A stretch of 64,000 bases of DNA from Vulcanimicrobiota bacterium (GTDB taxonomy: Bacteria; Vulcanimicrobiota; Xenobia; Xenobiales; JADMJV01). Positions 26,285-36,219 of the stretch are shown piece by piece. The translations under genes were made by a program, and so were the position numbers. A model generated the notes under the pieces. The model searched no databases and was not told the DNA's origin. It saw only the letters and a program-made list of their open reading frames with translations. The stretch is taken from assembly GCA_050250895.1 (NCBI GenBank), contig JBFWNU010000001.1:2916891-2980890 (forward strand), given 5' to 3'. Position 1 is the first letter of the stretch, and every line of letters starts with the position of its first letter.

Positions 26285-26638
26285 TTAGGATGGGCGAGGT
26301 CGTGGCGGTAGGGGGATCTTCCAGTAGGATTCGAGCAGCTCGTCAAGGGACCAGCCGAGCGACTCGGCGCGGTCGTTGAGGAAGGCATAGACGACCATGT
26401 GTTTGTGGCGCCGGTTGGCCTGCAGGAGCTTGTCGAAGTGTTCCCATTCGCCTTTTGAGGCGAGCCATTCCATCTGGCCGTGTTCACGGCTCAGAGCGCT
26501 GGTAAAGCAGCCAGCGTCGCGGCCGGCCAGTTGGTCGAAAACGGGAAAGAGCACTTCTTCTTCCCATTCACACAGGTCACGCCAGCGGCAAAGCTGGGCG
26601 TCGAAGGCGGGGGGACGGATTGTCGTGGCGAGCGTCAT
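26285..26638 (-). CDS. Small degenerate hemerythrin-like (HHE) protein
   Basis: GGAGGTGG RBS; WEEEVLFP...REH...HKHMVVY pattern resembles hemerythrin with several ligands altered. Confidence 0.5.
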   Translation of the reverse strand: MTLATTIRPPAFDAQLCRWRDLCEWEEEVLFPVFDQLAGRDAGCFTSALSREHGQMEWLASKGEWEHFDKLLQANRRHKHMVVYAFLNDRAESLGWSLDELLESYWKIPLPPRPRPS

Positions 26639-26731
26639 ATTTTCCACCTCCTTACTCTTCCTTAGTATACCCCCTTTACAAATCTTTAACATTGATCAGG
26701 ATCAGGAGGCCGTCAAAGCGAAGGTCCCGCC

Positions 26732-28750
26732 GTGCATCAGCCCGGAAAGAGCTATCCCCTCGGCGCTACCCCCTCGGGGCAGGGGGTCAACTTCAGCGTC
26801 TACGCCCGCCACGCCGTCAAGGTCGAATTGCTGCTGTTCGACACGATCGAGCAACGCCAGCCAGCCCGCACCCTGCCGCTGTTTCGCACCTTCGACTACT
26901 GGCACGCTTTCGTGCCGGGCATCGAGCCGGGCCAACTCTATGCCTATCGGGCCAGCGGTCCGCATGCCCCGTCAGAGGGGCATCGCTACGACCATCAAAA
27001 GATCTTGCTCGACCCCTACGCGCGAGCGGTGGCGGTGCCTGAAGACTACGACCGGGAGGTGGCCAAGCGACCTGGCCTTTGTTCGGCCCGCAAGGGCGTG
27101 GTGGTCGACCGGCGCGGCTATGACTGGGAGGGTGACGAGCCGCCGCGTCACCCCTTCGACCGGACCATCCTCTACGAAGTGCACCTGGCCGGATTTACCA
27201 AGCATCCGTCTTCGGGAGTCTCGCAACCGGGAACGTTCTCCGGGCTGGTCGAGAAGATTCCCTATCTGCAAGAGTTGGGGATCACCGCGGTCGAGTTGCT
27301 GCCGGTCTTTCACTTCGACGAGCAAGACGCCCCGGCTGGCTTGACCAACTTTTGGGGCTACAGCCCGGTGTCGTTCTTTGCAGTCCACCCCGCCTTTAGC
27401 GCCGCCAGTGACCCCTTACGAGTGCTCGACGAGTTTCGCGACATGGTGAAGGCTCTGCATCGAGCCGGCATCGAGGTGATTCTGGATGTGGTCTACAACC
27501 ACACCGCCGAAGGTGACGAGACCGGGCCGACCCTCTCTCTGCGAGGGTTAGACAACGAAGTCTATTACACTCTCGGTGAAGAGCCGGGGACTTTCGCCAA
27601 CTATAGCGGCTGTGGCAATACGCTCAACGCCAATCGCTCGGTGGTGCGTCGCCTGATTGTCGATAGCCTGCGTTACTGGGTGACCGAGATGCATGTCGAC
27701 GGTTTTCGTTTTGACCTGGCCTCGATTCTGGCCCGCGACGAAGATGGTGAGCCCCTTTCGAATCCGCCGGTTTTGTGGGAGATCGAGACCGATCCGATGC
27801 TGGCGGGAGCCAAGCTCATTGCGGAAGCCTGGGATGCCGGCGGGCTCTATCAGGTTGGCAGCTTCATCGGCGACCGTTGGGCGGAATGGAACGGCCGTTT
27901 TCGCGACGATGTGCGGCGCTTTCTCAAGGCCGACCCTGGCTCGCTCAAGGTGCTGCCCGAGCGACTGCTGGCCAGTCCCGACATCTTCGCCCACGAAGAG
28001 CGTGAGCCCGAGCAAAGCATCAACTTCGTCACCTGTCACGACGGCTTCACCCTCAACGATGTGGTCAGCTACAACGACAAGCATAACCAGGCCAATCTCG
28101 AGCAGAGTCGCGATGGAACACCGACCAATTTCAGCTGGAACTGCGGGGTCGAAGGCCCCAGTGACGACCCCGAGGTCGAGGCTTTGCGCAACCGTCAGGT
28201 CAAGAATTTCTTCACCATCAACCTGCTCTCGGTGGGTGTGCCGATGTTGTTGGCCGGTGACGAGTTTCGGCGCACCCAGTGGGGCAACAACAACGCCTAC
28301 TGCCAGGACAGCGAGCTGAGCTGGGTCGACTGGCGTCTACTCGAGCGCCATCGGTCGTTGCAGCGTTTCGTAAGCCGCTTGATCGCCTTGCGACAAAGCC
28401 TCGAGCTCTATCGGCGCGAGCGCAATCTCACCCTTAACCAGTTTCTCGAAGAGGCCGCCATCCGTTGGCATGGCACCCGTCTGGACGAGCCCGACTGGAG
28501 CGAGCATTCGCACAGCCTGGCCCTCACTATCGAAGGTGAGCGCGAGCACATGCACTTTATCTTCAACAGCTACTGGAAGCCGCTGGAGTTCGAATTGCCG
28601 GCCCCGCCCACCGTGTGGTGGCGGGTGCTCGATACCTCTCTCGAGAGCCCCGAGGACATCACCGACCGCGGCCAATCAATGCATCAACCACCGACCTATT
28701 CCTGCGCGGCCCGCTCCTGCGTGGTTCTGCTGAGTTCGACCTCGCGATAG
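26732..28750 (+). CDS. glgX: Glycogen debranching enzyme (GH13)
   Basis: YPLGAT, NFWGY, DVVYNH, GFRFDLA, AEAWD, TCHDGFT motifs. Confidence 0.95.
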   Translation: MHQPGKSYPLGATPSGQGVNFSVYARHAVKVELLLFDTIEQRQPARTLPLFRTFDYWHAFVPGIEPGQLYAYRASGPHAPSEGHRYDHQKILLDPYARAVAVPEDYDREVAKRPGLCSARKGVVVDRRGYDWEGDEPPRHPFDRTILYEVHLAGFTKHPSSGVSQPGTFSGLVEKIPYLQELGITAVELLPVFHFDEQDAPAGLTNFWGYSPVSFFAVHPAFSAASDPLRVLDEFRDMVKALHRAGIEVILDVVYNHTAEGDETGPTLSLRGLDNEVYYTLGEEPGTFANYSGCGNTLNANRSVVRRLIVDSLRYWVTEMHVDGFRFDLASILARDEDGEPLSNPPVLWEIETDPMLAGAKLIAEAWDAGGLYQVGSFIGDRWAEWNGRFRDDVRRFLKADPGSLKVLPERLLASPDIFAHEEREPEQSINFVTCHDGFTLNDVVSYNDKHNQANLEQSRDGTPTNFSWNCGVEGPSDDPEVEALRNRQVKNFFTINLLSVGVPMLLAGDEFRRTQWGNNNAYCQDSELSWVDWRLLERHRSLQRFVSRLIALRQSLELYRRERNLTLNQFLEEAAIRWHGTRLDEPDWSEHSHSLALTIEGEREHMHFIFNSYWKPLEFELPAPPTVWWRVLDTSLESPEDITDRGQSMHQPPTYSCAARSCVVLLSSTSR

Positions 28751-29298
28751 ATGTCGGCCAGCTTCAAGGTCACTCCGACCGAGGCGAGTTCGAGGCTCTG
28801 GTCAAGCTGCTGGAAGAGACTCGTGTGCCATTCACCGGGGCCAGTCCGAGTTCGTCGCTCGACCCGAGGTTGCTGGCTTACCAGCAGATACTCGGCCAGC
28901 GACGGCAAGCTTTGATAGAAGAGAAACTTCTCGCCCCGGTCATAGACCTCGGTCGAGGGCGAAAGAACCTCGACCACCAGGGTCGCGTCGGTCAGCGTGT
29001 CGCTTCGTCCCTCCAGGCGGGCGAGCGGTCCGCATACCACAAATAGGTCGGGGTAGGTGAACAAGTCGTGAGTAGCGATGAAAAGCCTCAGGTCCGTGAC
29101 GAAGACCTGGCATGGACCCCCTCGCAGAGCCAGACCCAGTTCGAGGGTCAGATTGCGGACGATCTGGTTGTGCTCCACCGTGCCACCCGTCATAGCGAAG
29201 ATCTGACCTTGATAGTATTCGCTGCGGGTCTCTGAGGCTTGTTCGAGAGCCAGATACTCGCGATGTTTGAAAAGACGCGGTTGCCGGTGGGCTAGCAT
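28696..29298 (-). CDS. Uma2/DUF820 family endonuclease
   Basis: EY..G.IFAM.G...EH, YPDLFV, VEVLSPST..YDRGEK, EYLLV motifs; overlaps the glgX 3' end. Confidence 0.9.
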   Translation of the reverse strand: MLAHRQPRLFKHREYLALEQASETRSEYYQGQIFAMTGGTVEHNQIVRNLTLELGLALRGGPCQVFVTDLRLFIATHDLFTYPDLFVVCGPLARLEGRSDTLTDATLVVEVLSPSTEVYDRGEKFLFYQSLPSLAEYLLVSQQPRVERRTRTGPGEWHTSLFQQLDQSLELASVGVTLKLADIYREVELSRTTQERAAQE

Positions 29299-29314
29299 GG
29301 GCTCATTCTAGCAT

Positions 29315-29339
29315 AAAAACGACCCGCCGCGACGGGTCG
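29315..29339 (-). terminator. Rho-independent terminator
   Basis: CGACCCG-loop-CGGGTCG followed by TTTTT on the minus strand. Confidence 0.6.
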
Positions 29340-29366
29340 ATGTTCCCCCGACAATCCCGGTGTGGG

Positions 29367-29693
29367 TCAGGGCGAGGCGGCTACGGGCGTGTCCACCAGT
29401 AGCGCGCGGTTCTCGAGGTGGGCGTGGCCTTCGCCGGTGGCCAGCAAGCGGGCTTCGGCAGTCTCGAAATACAGCTTCCACAGGCCTTCGGGGGCGGGCG
29501 TGAAGAGGGGGTTTTTACCTTTGCGGGCTCGTTGCAGGTGGACGGCCATCAGCTCTTCAAGCGAGTCGAGAGCATCTTCGGGGGTCGACGCCGTGGCGGT
29601 CAGGTTGAAGTCGAGGCAGTGGGCGCTAAAGCTCGAGCCATCACCCACTACCAGGGTGCGAATCGGGATGTCGTGGTGATTGTCGGTGCACAT
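29367..29693 (-). CDS. HicB-like (RNase H-fold) small protein with no adjacent HicA
   Basis: FSAHCLDFNLTATASTPEDALDSLEELM HicB-like pattern. Confidence 0.55.
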   Translation of the reverse strand: MCTDNHHDIPIRTLVVGDGSSFSAHCLDFNLTATASTPEDALDSLEELMAVHLQRARKGKNPLFTPAPEGLWKLYFETAEARLLATGEGHAHLENRALLVDTPVAASP

Positions 29694-29803
29694 CCTTACT
29701 TTTTCCCTAACGGATTGGGGAATGTCCTTCTTGGGAATGACTGTTCGAGAGGTGGCTTCGGGCGATTCCCGAAGCTTTGCTCACTGCGAAGCCGATCATC
29801 CTT

Positions 29804-30169
29804 GTGCACGAACTGTCCATCGCGCATAGTATCGTCGAGATGGTCAGTGAAGTGGCCGACCGCGAAGGAGCGACCCGAATCCTGGCCATCCACCTTCGTA
29901 TTGGAGCCCTGTCGGCGGTGGTCGAAGAAGCGCTGCGGTTCGCCTTCGAGATTGCGGCAGTGGGCACCCCGGCCGCCGAAGCGCGCCTCGAGATCGAGGC
30001 CGTGCCCGTGACCATCTTCTGCCAGGCCTGCCAGGCCGAGCATCAGCTCGCGTCGGTGCAGCGCTTCTTCTGCCCTGTCTGCCAGCAGCCCAGCGCCAAA
30101 ATCGTGGCCGGAAACGAACTTGAAGTGGTGCGTCTGGAAGTGGAGGACGCGTGCGAATTGTCGAGCTAA
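29804..30169 (+). CDS. hypA: Hydrogenase nickel metallochaperone HypA
   Basis: (M)HELSIA N-terminus from GTG 29804; two CxxC motifs. Confidence 0.93.
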   Translation: MHELSIAHSIVEMVSEVADREGATRILAIHLRIGALSAVVEEALRFAFEIAAVGTPAAEARLEIEAVPVTIFCQACQAEHQLASVQRFFCPVCQQPSAKIVAGNELEVVRLEVEDACELSS

Positions 30170-30801
30170 AACAGGGCATTCTCAGCAAGAACGATCGACT
30201 GGCTCGCCACTTGCGCGAGCGCTTTCAAGAGGCGGGCGTCTTCGTGCTCAACCTGGTCTCGAGCCCCGGCACCGGCAAGACCGAGCTACTCGAGCGCACC
30301 CTGGCCGGCCTGCGCGAGCGCGGCCATCGCGTGGCCGCCCTGGTGGGTGACCTTCGCACCGACAACGATGCCGCCCGCCTGGCCCGCAGCGGGGCCCCGG
30401 TGCGCCAGATCGAGACCTCGGGCCTGTGTCATCTCGAAGCCAGGATGGTGAGCGACCATCTGGCCGACTGGAATCTCGACGAGTTGGATTTTCTCTTCCT
30501 CGAGAACGTCGGCAATCTGGTCTGCCCTTCGTCTTACGATCTGGGCGAGAGCCTTCGGGTGGTGCTACTGTCGGTCACCGAGGGCGAGGACAAGCCGCTC
30601 AAGTATCCTCCCATTTTCGCCTCGGCCGATCTCGCCGTCATCACCAAGTGGGATCTGGCCGGCCCCTGCGAGTTCGACCAGGCCACCGCCCTGGCCAACC
30701 TCGAATCAGTCCATCCAGGCCTGAAAGTGCTGACCACTTCGGCCCGCAAAGGCCACGGCATGGAAGGCTGGCTCGACTATCTCGAAGAGGCCCGCCCATG
30801 A
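30151..30801 (+). CDS. hypB: Hydrogenase nickel-incorporation GTPase HypB
   Basis: SSPGTGKT, CHLEA, ENVGNLVCP, EGEDKPLKYP. Confidence 0.95.
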   Translation: MRIVELKQGILSKNDRLARHLRERFQEAGVFVLNLVSSPGTGKTELLERTLAGLRERGHRVAALVGDLRTDNDAARLARSGAPVRQIETSGLCHLEARMVSDHLADWNLDELDFLFLENVGNLVCPSSYDLGESLRVVLLSVTEGEDKPLKYPPIFASADLAVITKWDLAGPCEFDQATALANLESVHPGLKVLTTSARKGHGMEGWLDYLEEARP

Positions 30802-32969
30802 GTCTGCGCCAGCATCTGCGGGTGGAGGGAGTGGTCCAGGGAGTGGGCTTTCGCCCCCACGTCTATCGCCTGGCCCGCAGCCTATCGCTGAGCGGTTTTG
30901 TGGGCAACGACAGCCAGGGCGTGTTCATCGAGGTCGAAGGCGAGCCGGCCTCGCTTGAGGCCTTTCGCCGCCAGCTGATCGAATCAGCCCCCCCGGCCGC
31001 CTACATCGAACGCCTCACGCACCGCGACAAGCCGGCCACCGGAGAAACCGACTTCACCATCGTGCCCTCGCAAGCTCAAGAGAACATCGAGGTGCTGGTC
31101 TCGCCCGACCTCGATTGCTGCCCGGACTGTCTGGCCGAACTCGACAATCCGGCTGACCGACGTTATGGCTATCCTTTCATCAACTGCACCAACTGCGGGC
31201 CGCGCTTTACCATCATTCGCTCGCTGCCCTACGACCGGCCCAGGACGACCATGGCCGAATTCACCATGTGTAAGGCCTGTCATACCGAGTATGACGACCC
31301 CGGCGACCGGCGTTTTCACGCCCAGCCCAACGCCTGCCCGGAGTGCGGACCGAGCCTGTCCTTGCCCCTGCCCGAGGTGCTCGCGGCCCTGGCCGCCGGC
31401 CAGCTGGTAGCGATCAAAGGCGTGGGCGGCTATCATCTGGCCTGCGACGCCTTCAACGCCCATCCCATCCGCCGCCTGCGCGCTCGCAAAGGCCGCTTCT
31501 CGAAGCCCTTCGCGGTGATGGTGGCCGACCTCGAGACAGCCCGCCAACTGGCCTACGTCAGTCCGGCCGAAGAGGCTCTCTTGAGCAGCCGTCACAAGCC
31601 TATCGTACTGCTTTCATCGCGCCACCTCCTCCCCGATGAAGTGGCCCCCGGAGTCGACACCCTGGGCTTGATGCTGCCCTACACCCCCCTCCACCACTTG
31701 CTTTTGCAGCAGCAGCGGGCCCTGGTGATGACCTCGGCCAATCTCTCGAGCGAGCCCATCATCAGCACCGCCGAGCCGGCGCTCGACCAGTTGGCCGACC
31801 TGGTAGTGCACCACGACCGGCCCATCGAGATGGCTTGCGATGATTCGGTGGTCAGGGTCTATCGCGAGCAAGCCTTGCCCCTGCGCCGCTCGCGGGGATA
31901 TGCTCCCTTTCCAGTCGAGCTGCCCTTCGAGGTGCCGCCCAGTCTGGCGGTGGGAGCCCAGATGAAATCGACGTTCTGCCTGGGCCGGGGGCGTCACGCT
32001 TTTCTCAGCCAACACCTGGGCGACCTCGAAAGCCTCGAGACCCTCGAGTTCTTTCGGCGGGCGGTAGCGCACCTGAGCGGCCTCTACCGCCTCGAGCCCG
32101 AGTATCTCTGTGCCGACCTGCACCCCGGTTATCTGTCCACCCGCTGGGCCGAAGAGCAATCTCACCCCGTGCTACGAGTGCAGCATCACCACGCCCACCT
32201 GGCCGCTCTGATGGCCGAGCACGGTTTGCCGGCCGAGTCGCGCATTCTCGGCCTGGTTTTTGACGGCACTGGTCTTGGCACCGACGGCACCATCTGGGGA
32301 GGCGAGTTGCTTGAGGCCGGTTACGCCGACTTCGAGCGCAAAGCCTATCTCACCAGCGTGCCCATGGCCGGCGGCGACGCGGCCGTGCGCGAGCCCTGGC
32401 GCATGGCGGCGGCTCACCTGTGGGCGGCCGGACTGCCCTGGCCCCAGGACGCTCCGCTCGTCTTGCGCCAGCAGCTCGAGCGGGCCGTCAACACTGTGCC
32501 GACCTCGAGCATGGGTCGCCTTTTTGACGCCGTGGCTGCCCTGATCGGCCTGCGTCGCCAGGTCGATTACGAGGCCCAGGCGGCCATCGAAATCGAGGGT
32601 CTGGCCGACCGCACCGCGCCGGGCAGCTACGGGTTCGGCTATCCTCTCGATCCCGCCCCGGTGCTCTCCGCCATTCTAACCGACCTGGCGGCCGGCTGCT
32701 CGCCGGGGGCCATCTCGATGCGCTTTCATCGAGGCCTGGCCGAGGCTTGCCTGCGCCTCTGCCGTGAGCATGACCGTGGGTTGCCGGTGGGCCTGTCGGG
32801 AGGCGTCTTTCAAAACATGCTTTTGCTGGACCTGGTGGTAACCGGGCTGGAGAACGCGGGATTTACGGTGCTGACGCATCGGTTGGTGCCACCCAACGAC
32901 GGCGGGCTGGCCCTGGGCCAACTGGTCATTGCAGCCTGCCAATGGAAAGGAGCGAGACCATGTGCTTAG
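30798..32969 (+). CDS. hypF: Carbamoyltransferase HypF
   Basis: GVVQGVGFRP acylphosphatase domain, zinc-finger CxxC motifs, QHHHAH, PPNDGGLALGQ; ATGA-coupled start at 30798. Confidence 0.95.
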   Translation: MSLRQHLRVEGVVQGVGFRPHVYRLARSLSLSGFVGNDSQGVFIEVEGEPASLEAFRRQLIESAPPAAYIERLTHRDKPATGETDFTIVPSQAQENIEVLVSPDLDCCPDCLAELDNPADRRYGYPFINCTNCGPRFTIIRSLPYDRPRTTMAEFTMCKACHTEYDDPGDRRFHAQPNACPECGPSLSLPLPEVLAALAAGQLVAIKGVGGYHLACDAFNAHPIRRLRARKGRFSKPFAVMVADLETARQLAYVSPAEEALLSSRHKPIVLLSSRHLLPDEVAPGVDTLGLMLPYTPLHHLLLQQQRALVMTSANLSSEPIISTAEPALDQLADLVVHHDRPIEMACDDSVVRVYREQALPLRRSRGYAPFPVELPFEVPPSLAVGAQMKSTFCLGRGRHAFLSQHLGDLESLETLEFFRRAVAHLSGLYRLEPEYLCADLHPGYLSTRWAEEQSHPVLRVQHHHAHLAALMAEHGLPAESRILGLVFDGTGLGTDGTIWGGELLEAGYADFERKAYLTSVPMAGGDAAVREPWRMAAAHLWAAGLPWPQDAPLVLRQQLERAVNTVPTSSMGRLFDAVAALIGLRRQVDYEAQAAIEIEGLADRTAPGSYGFGYPLDPAPVLSAILTDLAAGCSPGAISMRFHRGLAEACLRLCREHDRGLPVGLSGGVFQNMLLLDLVVTGLENAGFTVLTHRLVPPNDGGLALGQLVIAACQWKGARPCA

Positions 32970-33211
32970 GAGTTCCCGGAAAGGTGCTCGAGACCTATGA
33001 GTCTCACGGCACCCTCATGGGCAAAGTCGATTTTGGAGGGATCAAGAAAGAGGTCTGCCTGGCCTATGTTCCCGACATCCAGGTAGGCGACTACGCCATC
33101 GTCCACGTCGGTTTTGCCATCACCCGCCTGGACGAGGCTTCGGCCTTAGAGACGCTGTCGCTGTTCGAACAGATGGGTGTGTTAGAAGAAGAATTGGGGG
33201 CCCAAGCATGA
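32960..33211 (+). CDS. hypC: Hydrogenase chaperone HypC
   Basis: MCLGVPG...IVHVGFA. Confidence 0.95.
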   Translation: MCLGVPGKVLETYESHGTLMGKVDFGGIKKEVCLAYVPDIQVGDYAIVHVGFAITRLDEASALETLSLFEQMGVLEEELGAQA

Positions 33212-34308
33212 AATACCTCAAGGAGTTTCGCGATCCCGAACTGGCCGGCCGGCTGCTCGACGAGATCAAGCGTACCATCACTCGTCCCTGGGCGGTCATG
33301 GAGGTGTGCGGAGGCCAGACCCATTCCATTATCCGCAACGGCATCGACCAGTTGCTGCCCGACCAGCTCGAACTGATTCACGGGCCCGGCTGCCCGGTCT
33401 GCGTGACCCCCCTGGAGATGATCGACAAGGCCCTCGAGATCGCCTCGCGCCCCGAGGTCATCTTCTGCTCGTTTGGCGATATGCTGAGGGTGCCCGGCAG
33501 CGAGAAAGACCTCTTTCGGGTCAAGAGCGAGGGCGGCGACGTGCGGGTCGTCTATTCGCCGCTCGACGCCCTCAAGGTGGCCCGCGAGAACCCCGACAAG
33601 CAGGTAGTCTTCTTCGGCATCGGCTTCGAGACGACGGCCCCGGCCAACGCCATGGCCGTGTTCCAGGCCAAACAGCAGGGCCTCGACAACTTCTCGATGC
33701 TGGTCTCGCATGTGCTGGTCCCTCCCGCCATCGCGGCTTTGATGGAAGACCCCGAGAACCGCGTTCAGGGCTTTTTGGCGGCCGGCCATGTCTGCAGTGT
33801 GATGGGGTATGAAGAGTATTATCCGCTGGCCGAACGCTACCAGGTGCCCATCGTGGTCACGGGCTTCGAGCCGCTCGACCTGCTCGAGGGTCTGCGCCGC
33901 ATCGTGCACCAGCTTGAAGAGGGACGCCACGAGGTGGAGAACGCCTACCCCCGGGCCGTGCGCCGCGAGGGCAATCAGCCCGCCCGCCAGATGCTCGAGC
34001 AAGTCTTCGAAAACACCGACCGGGCCTGGCGTGGCATCGGCGTCATACCCCAGAGCGGTTGGAAGCTGCGCCCCGAGTTCGCGCACTTTGACGCCCACCA
34101 GCGCTTCTCGGTCGAGAACATCCAGGCGGTCGAGTCGCCCGACTGCCACAGCGGCGAGGTGCTCAAGGGCACTCTCAAGCCTAACCAATGCCCCGCCTTC
34201 GGCACCATCTGCACTCCCCGCACTCCGCTGGGAGCCACCATGGTCTCGAGCGAGGGAGCCTGCGCGGCCTACTATCAGCACCGGCGCTTCCAGGCGGTGT
34301 CCCATTAG
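33208..34308 (+). CDS. hypD: Hydrogenase formation protein HypD
   Basis: [28 protein letters not shown]. Confidence 0.96.
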   Translation: MKYLKEFRDPELAGRLLDEIKRTITRPWAVMEVCGGQTHSIIRNGIDQLLPDQLELIHGPGCPVCVTPLEMIDKALEIASRPEVIFCSFGDMLRVPGSEKDLFRVKSEGGDVRVVYSPLDALKVARENPDKQVVFFGIGFETTAPANAMAVFQAKQQGLDNFSMLVSHVLVPPAIAALMEDPENRVQGFLAAGHVCSVMGYEEYYPLAERYQVPIVVTGFEPLDLLEGLRRIVHQLEEGRHEVENAYPRAVRREGNQPARQMLEQVFENTDRAWRGIGVIPQSGWKLRPEFAHFDAHQRFSVENIQAVESPDCHSGEVLKGTLKPNQCPAFGTICTPRTPLGATMVSSEGACAAYYQHRRFQAVSH

Positions 34309-35356
34309 CAAGACCGACTTCTCGGGCTGGAGCTGCCCCATGCCCCTGCGCGACTATCCCCGCATCGTGATGGGTCACGGCGGGGGAGGCAAGCTCTCGA
34401 GCGAGCTGGTCGAGCACCTCTTTCTGCCCGCCTTTGGCGATGCCACCCTGGCTCGGCTGGGGGACGCTGCCGTGCTCGAGGTGGGCGACCTGCGGCTGGC
34501 TTTCTCGACCGATACCTTCGTGGTCAACCCGCTGTTTTTCCCGGGAGGCGATATCGGCGAACTGGCCATCAACGGCACCGTGAACGACCTGGCCATGATG
34601 GGAGCCAGACCGCTCTATCTCAGCGCCGCTTTCGTGCTTGAAGAGGGCTTTGCCACCGAAGACCTGGCTCGCATCGCCCACTCGATGGGCCGGGCTGCCC
34701 GGGCGGCCGGAGTGCGCCTGGTGACGGGCGACACCAAGGTGGTCGAGCGCGGCCACGGCCACGGAGTCTACATCAACACGGCCGGTATCGGTCTGCTTGC
34801 TCCCGGCTGTCACCTTGGTCCCGACCAGGCTCGCCTGGGCGATGTGGTGCTGGTGAGCGGCCCTATCGGCAACCACGGTATGGCCATCATGAGCGTGCGC
34901 GAGGGGCTCGAGTTCGAGACCACCATCAAGACCGATTCGGCTCCTCTGTCCGGGCTGGTCGAGGACATGCTGGCGGCAGGCACGGTCCACGCCCTGCGCG
35001 ACCCGACCCGGGGCGGAGTGGCCTCGGCCCTCAACGAGCTCGCTCGGGCCTCGCAGGTGGGCATCGTGCTGAGCGAGGCGGACCTGCCGGTCGACCCCTC
35101 GGTGGCCTCGGCTTGCGAACTGCTCGGCCTGGACCCCCTCTTCGTGGCCAACGAAGGCAAGCTGGTGGCCATCGTGCCGGAACGCTCGGCCCCCGCGGTG
35201 CTGGCCGCCATGCAGGCTCACCCCCTGGGCCAGCAGGCCGCCCTCATCGGCCGCGTGACGGCCGAGAACCCCGGCATCGTGGCGGCCCGCACGCCCTTTG
35301 GCGGCACCCGGGTGGTGGACACCCAGGTGGGCGAGCAGTTGCCTCGCATCTGCTGA
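34304..35356 (+). CDS. hypE: Carbamoyl dehydratase HypE (start ATT 34304 or ATG 34340)
   Basis: HGGGG, DTFVVNP, GDTKVV, RDPTRGG, C-terminal PRIC. Confidence 0.93.
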   Translation: MSKTDFSGWSCPMPLRDYPRIVMGHGGGGKLSSELVEHLFLPAFGDATLARLGDAAVLEVGDLRLAFSTDTFVVNPLFFPGGDIGELAINGTVNDLAMMGARPLYLSAAFVLEEGFATEDLARIAHSMGRAARAAGVRLVTGDTKVVERGHGHGVYINTAGIGLLAPGCHLGPDQARLGDVVLVSGPIGNHGMAIMSVREGLEFETTIKTDSAPLSGLVEDMLAAGTVHALRDPTRGGVASALNELARASQVGIVLSEADLPVDPSVASACELLGLDPLFVANEGKLVAIVPERSAPAVLAAMQAHPLGQQAALIGRVTAENPGIVAARTPFGGTRVVDTQVGEQLPRIC

Positions 35357-35357
35357 T

Positions 35358-35797
35358 TGCTCGCGAGGCTCGCGTTGCTCGCGTCGCTCGCGAGGGGAGC
35401 GACGACTGCGTCGTCGAGAGGGGAGCCCCGTGGCTTCGCCGGGGAGATGGGAGCGACGACTTCGTCGTCGAGATGGGAGCGAAGCTCGCGGGGCTCGCTT
35501 CGGGTTTTTGAGGTACTCGACGCTTCGCGTCGTAACTTTTGGGCGGCTGCGCCGCCGCGGGGGTGGGCTCAGGGGCGTTCGGTGAGTCCATGGACGGCGG
35601 TGTAGCGGGGGTAGTTGGGCACAGAGGAAGGAGCGACGACTGCGTCGTCGAGAGGGGAGCCCCGTGGCTTCGCCGGGGAGAGAGGAGCGCTATCTCGCTT
35701 AGGCTCGATAGCGAGGAAGGAGCGAAGCTCGCGGGGCTCGCTTCGGGTTTTTGAGGTACTCGACGCTTCGCGTCGTAACTCCGGGGCGGCTGCGCCG
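35358..35797. repeat. Two ~160-bp copies (35396-35554, 35630-35797) of a composite palindromic REP/BIME-like element
   Basis: Series of GGAG-footed hairpins (CGACGAC-nnn-GTCGTCG, CCCCG..CTTCG..CGGGG, CGAAGC..GCTTCG) plus CGACGC-TTC-GCGTCG. Confidence 0.85.
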
Positions 35798-35847
35798 TGG
35801 GGCCCGAGCGCAGGGTTTCGTGGGCGGGTTTGGAAAGAGCGTAGGCG

Positions 35848-36219
35848 GTGGCTGATGTCTTCGACCTGAATACCTACCTCGAGAACACCCGCGTCGAGGC
35901 TATGACGCCTATCAGGCTCGGGTGCGCGCCTATCAGACGCGGAAAGACTCAGGACCTGCTGCTCTGGGTGCAGTATGCTGTCCGCGAAGGAGGCCATGCC
36001 GGGCTTTCCCGCTGGCGAGAGGCCCCGCAGCGACTCCAGACGCGCCCGATGGCCTCGGCCGCGAGTCGCTACGCTTACTGGAAGTTGTTTGGTCTGTTGC
36101 GCCTGCAGGGCGATCACGCCGAGGCCGACGGTTTGCTTTGTCGACGTTTGCTGCGGGCAAGTTTTCGTCTCGACGGGGGCCAGATCGTTGCCTGGGAGCC
36201 TCCTCCCCAGGTGCTCTGA
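35848..36219 (+). pseudogene. Deletion remnant of a paralog of the downstream 36219-38299 gene
   Basis: N-terminal DLNTYL joined almost directly to C-terminal motifs (AYQARVRAY in another frame; Y.YWKL...AD..LC.RLL..SFRL). Confidence 0.65.

Noticed and set aside
29804-35356. Complete hydrogenase locus
   Set aside because: Only maturation genes are present; no large or small subunit or maturation protease is in the window.
35358-35797. CRISPR array
   Set aside because: No constant repeat with unique, equal-length spacers; the units are self-complementary hairpins and no cas genes are nearby.
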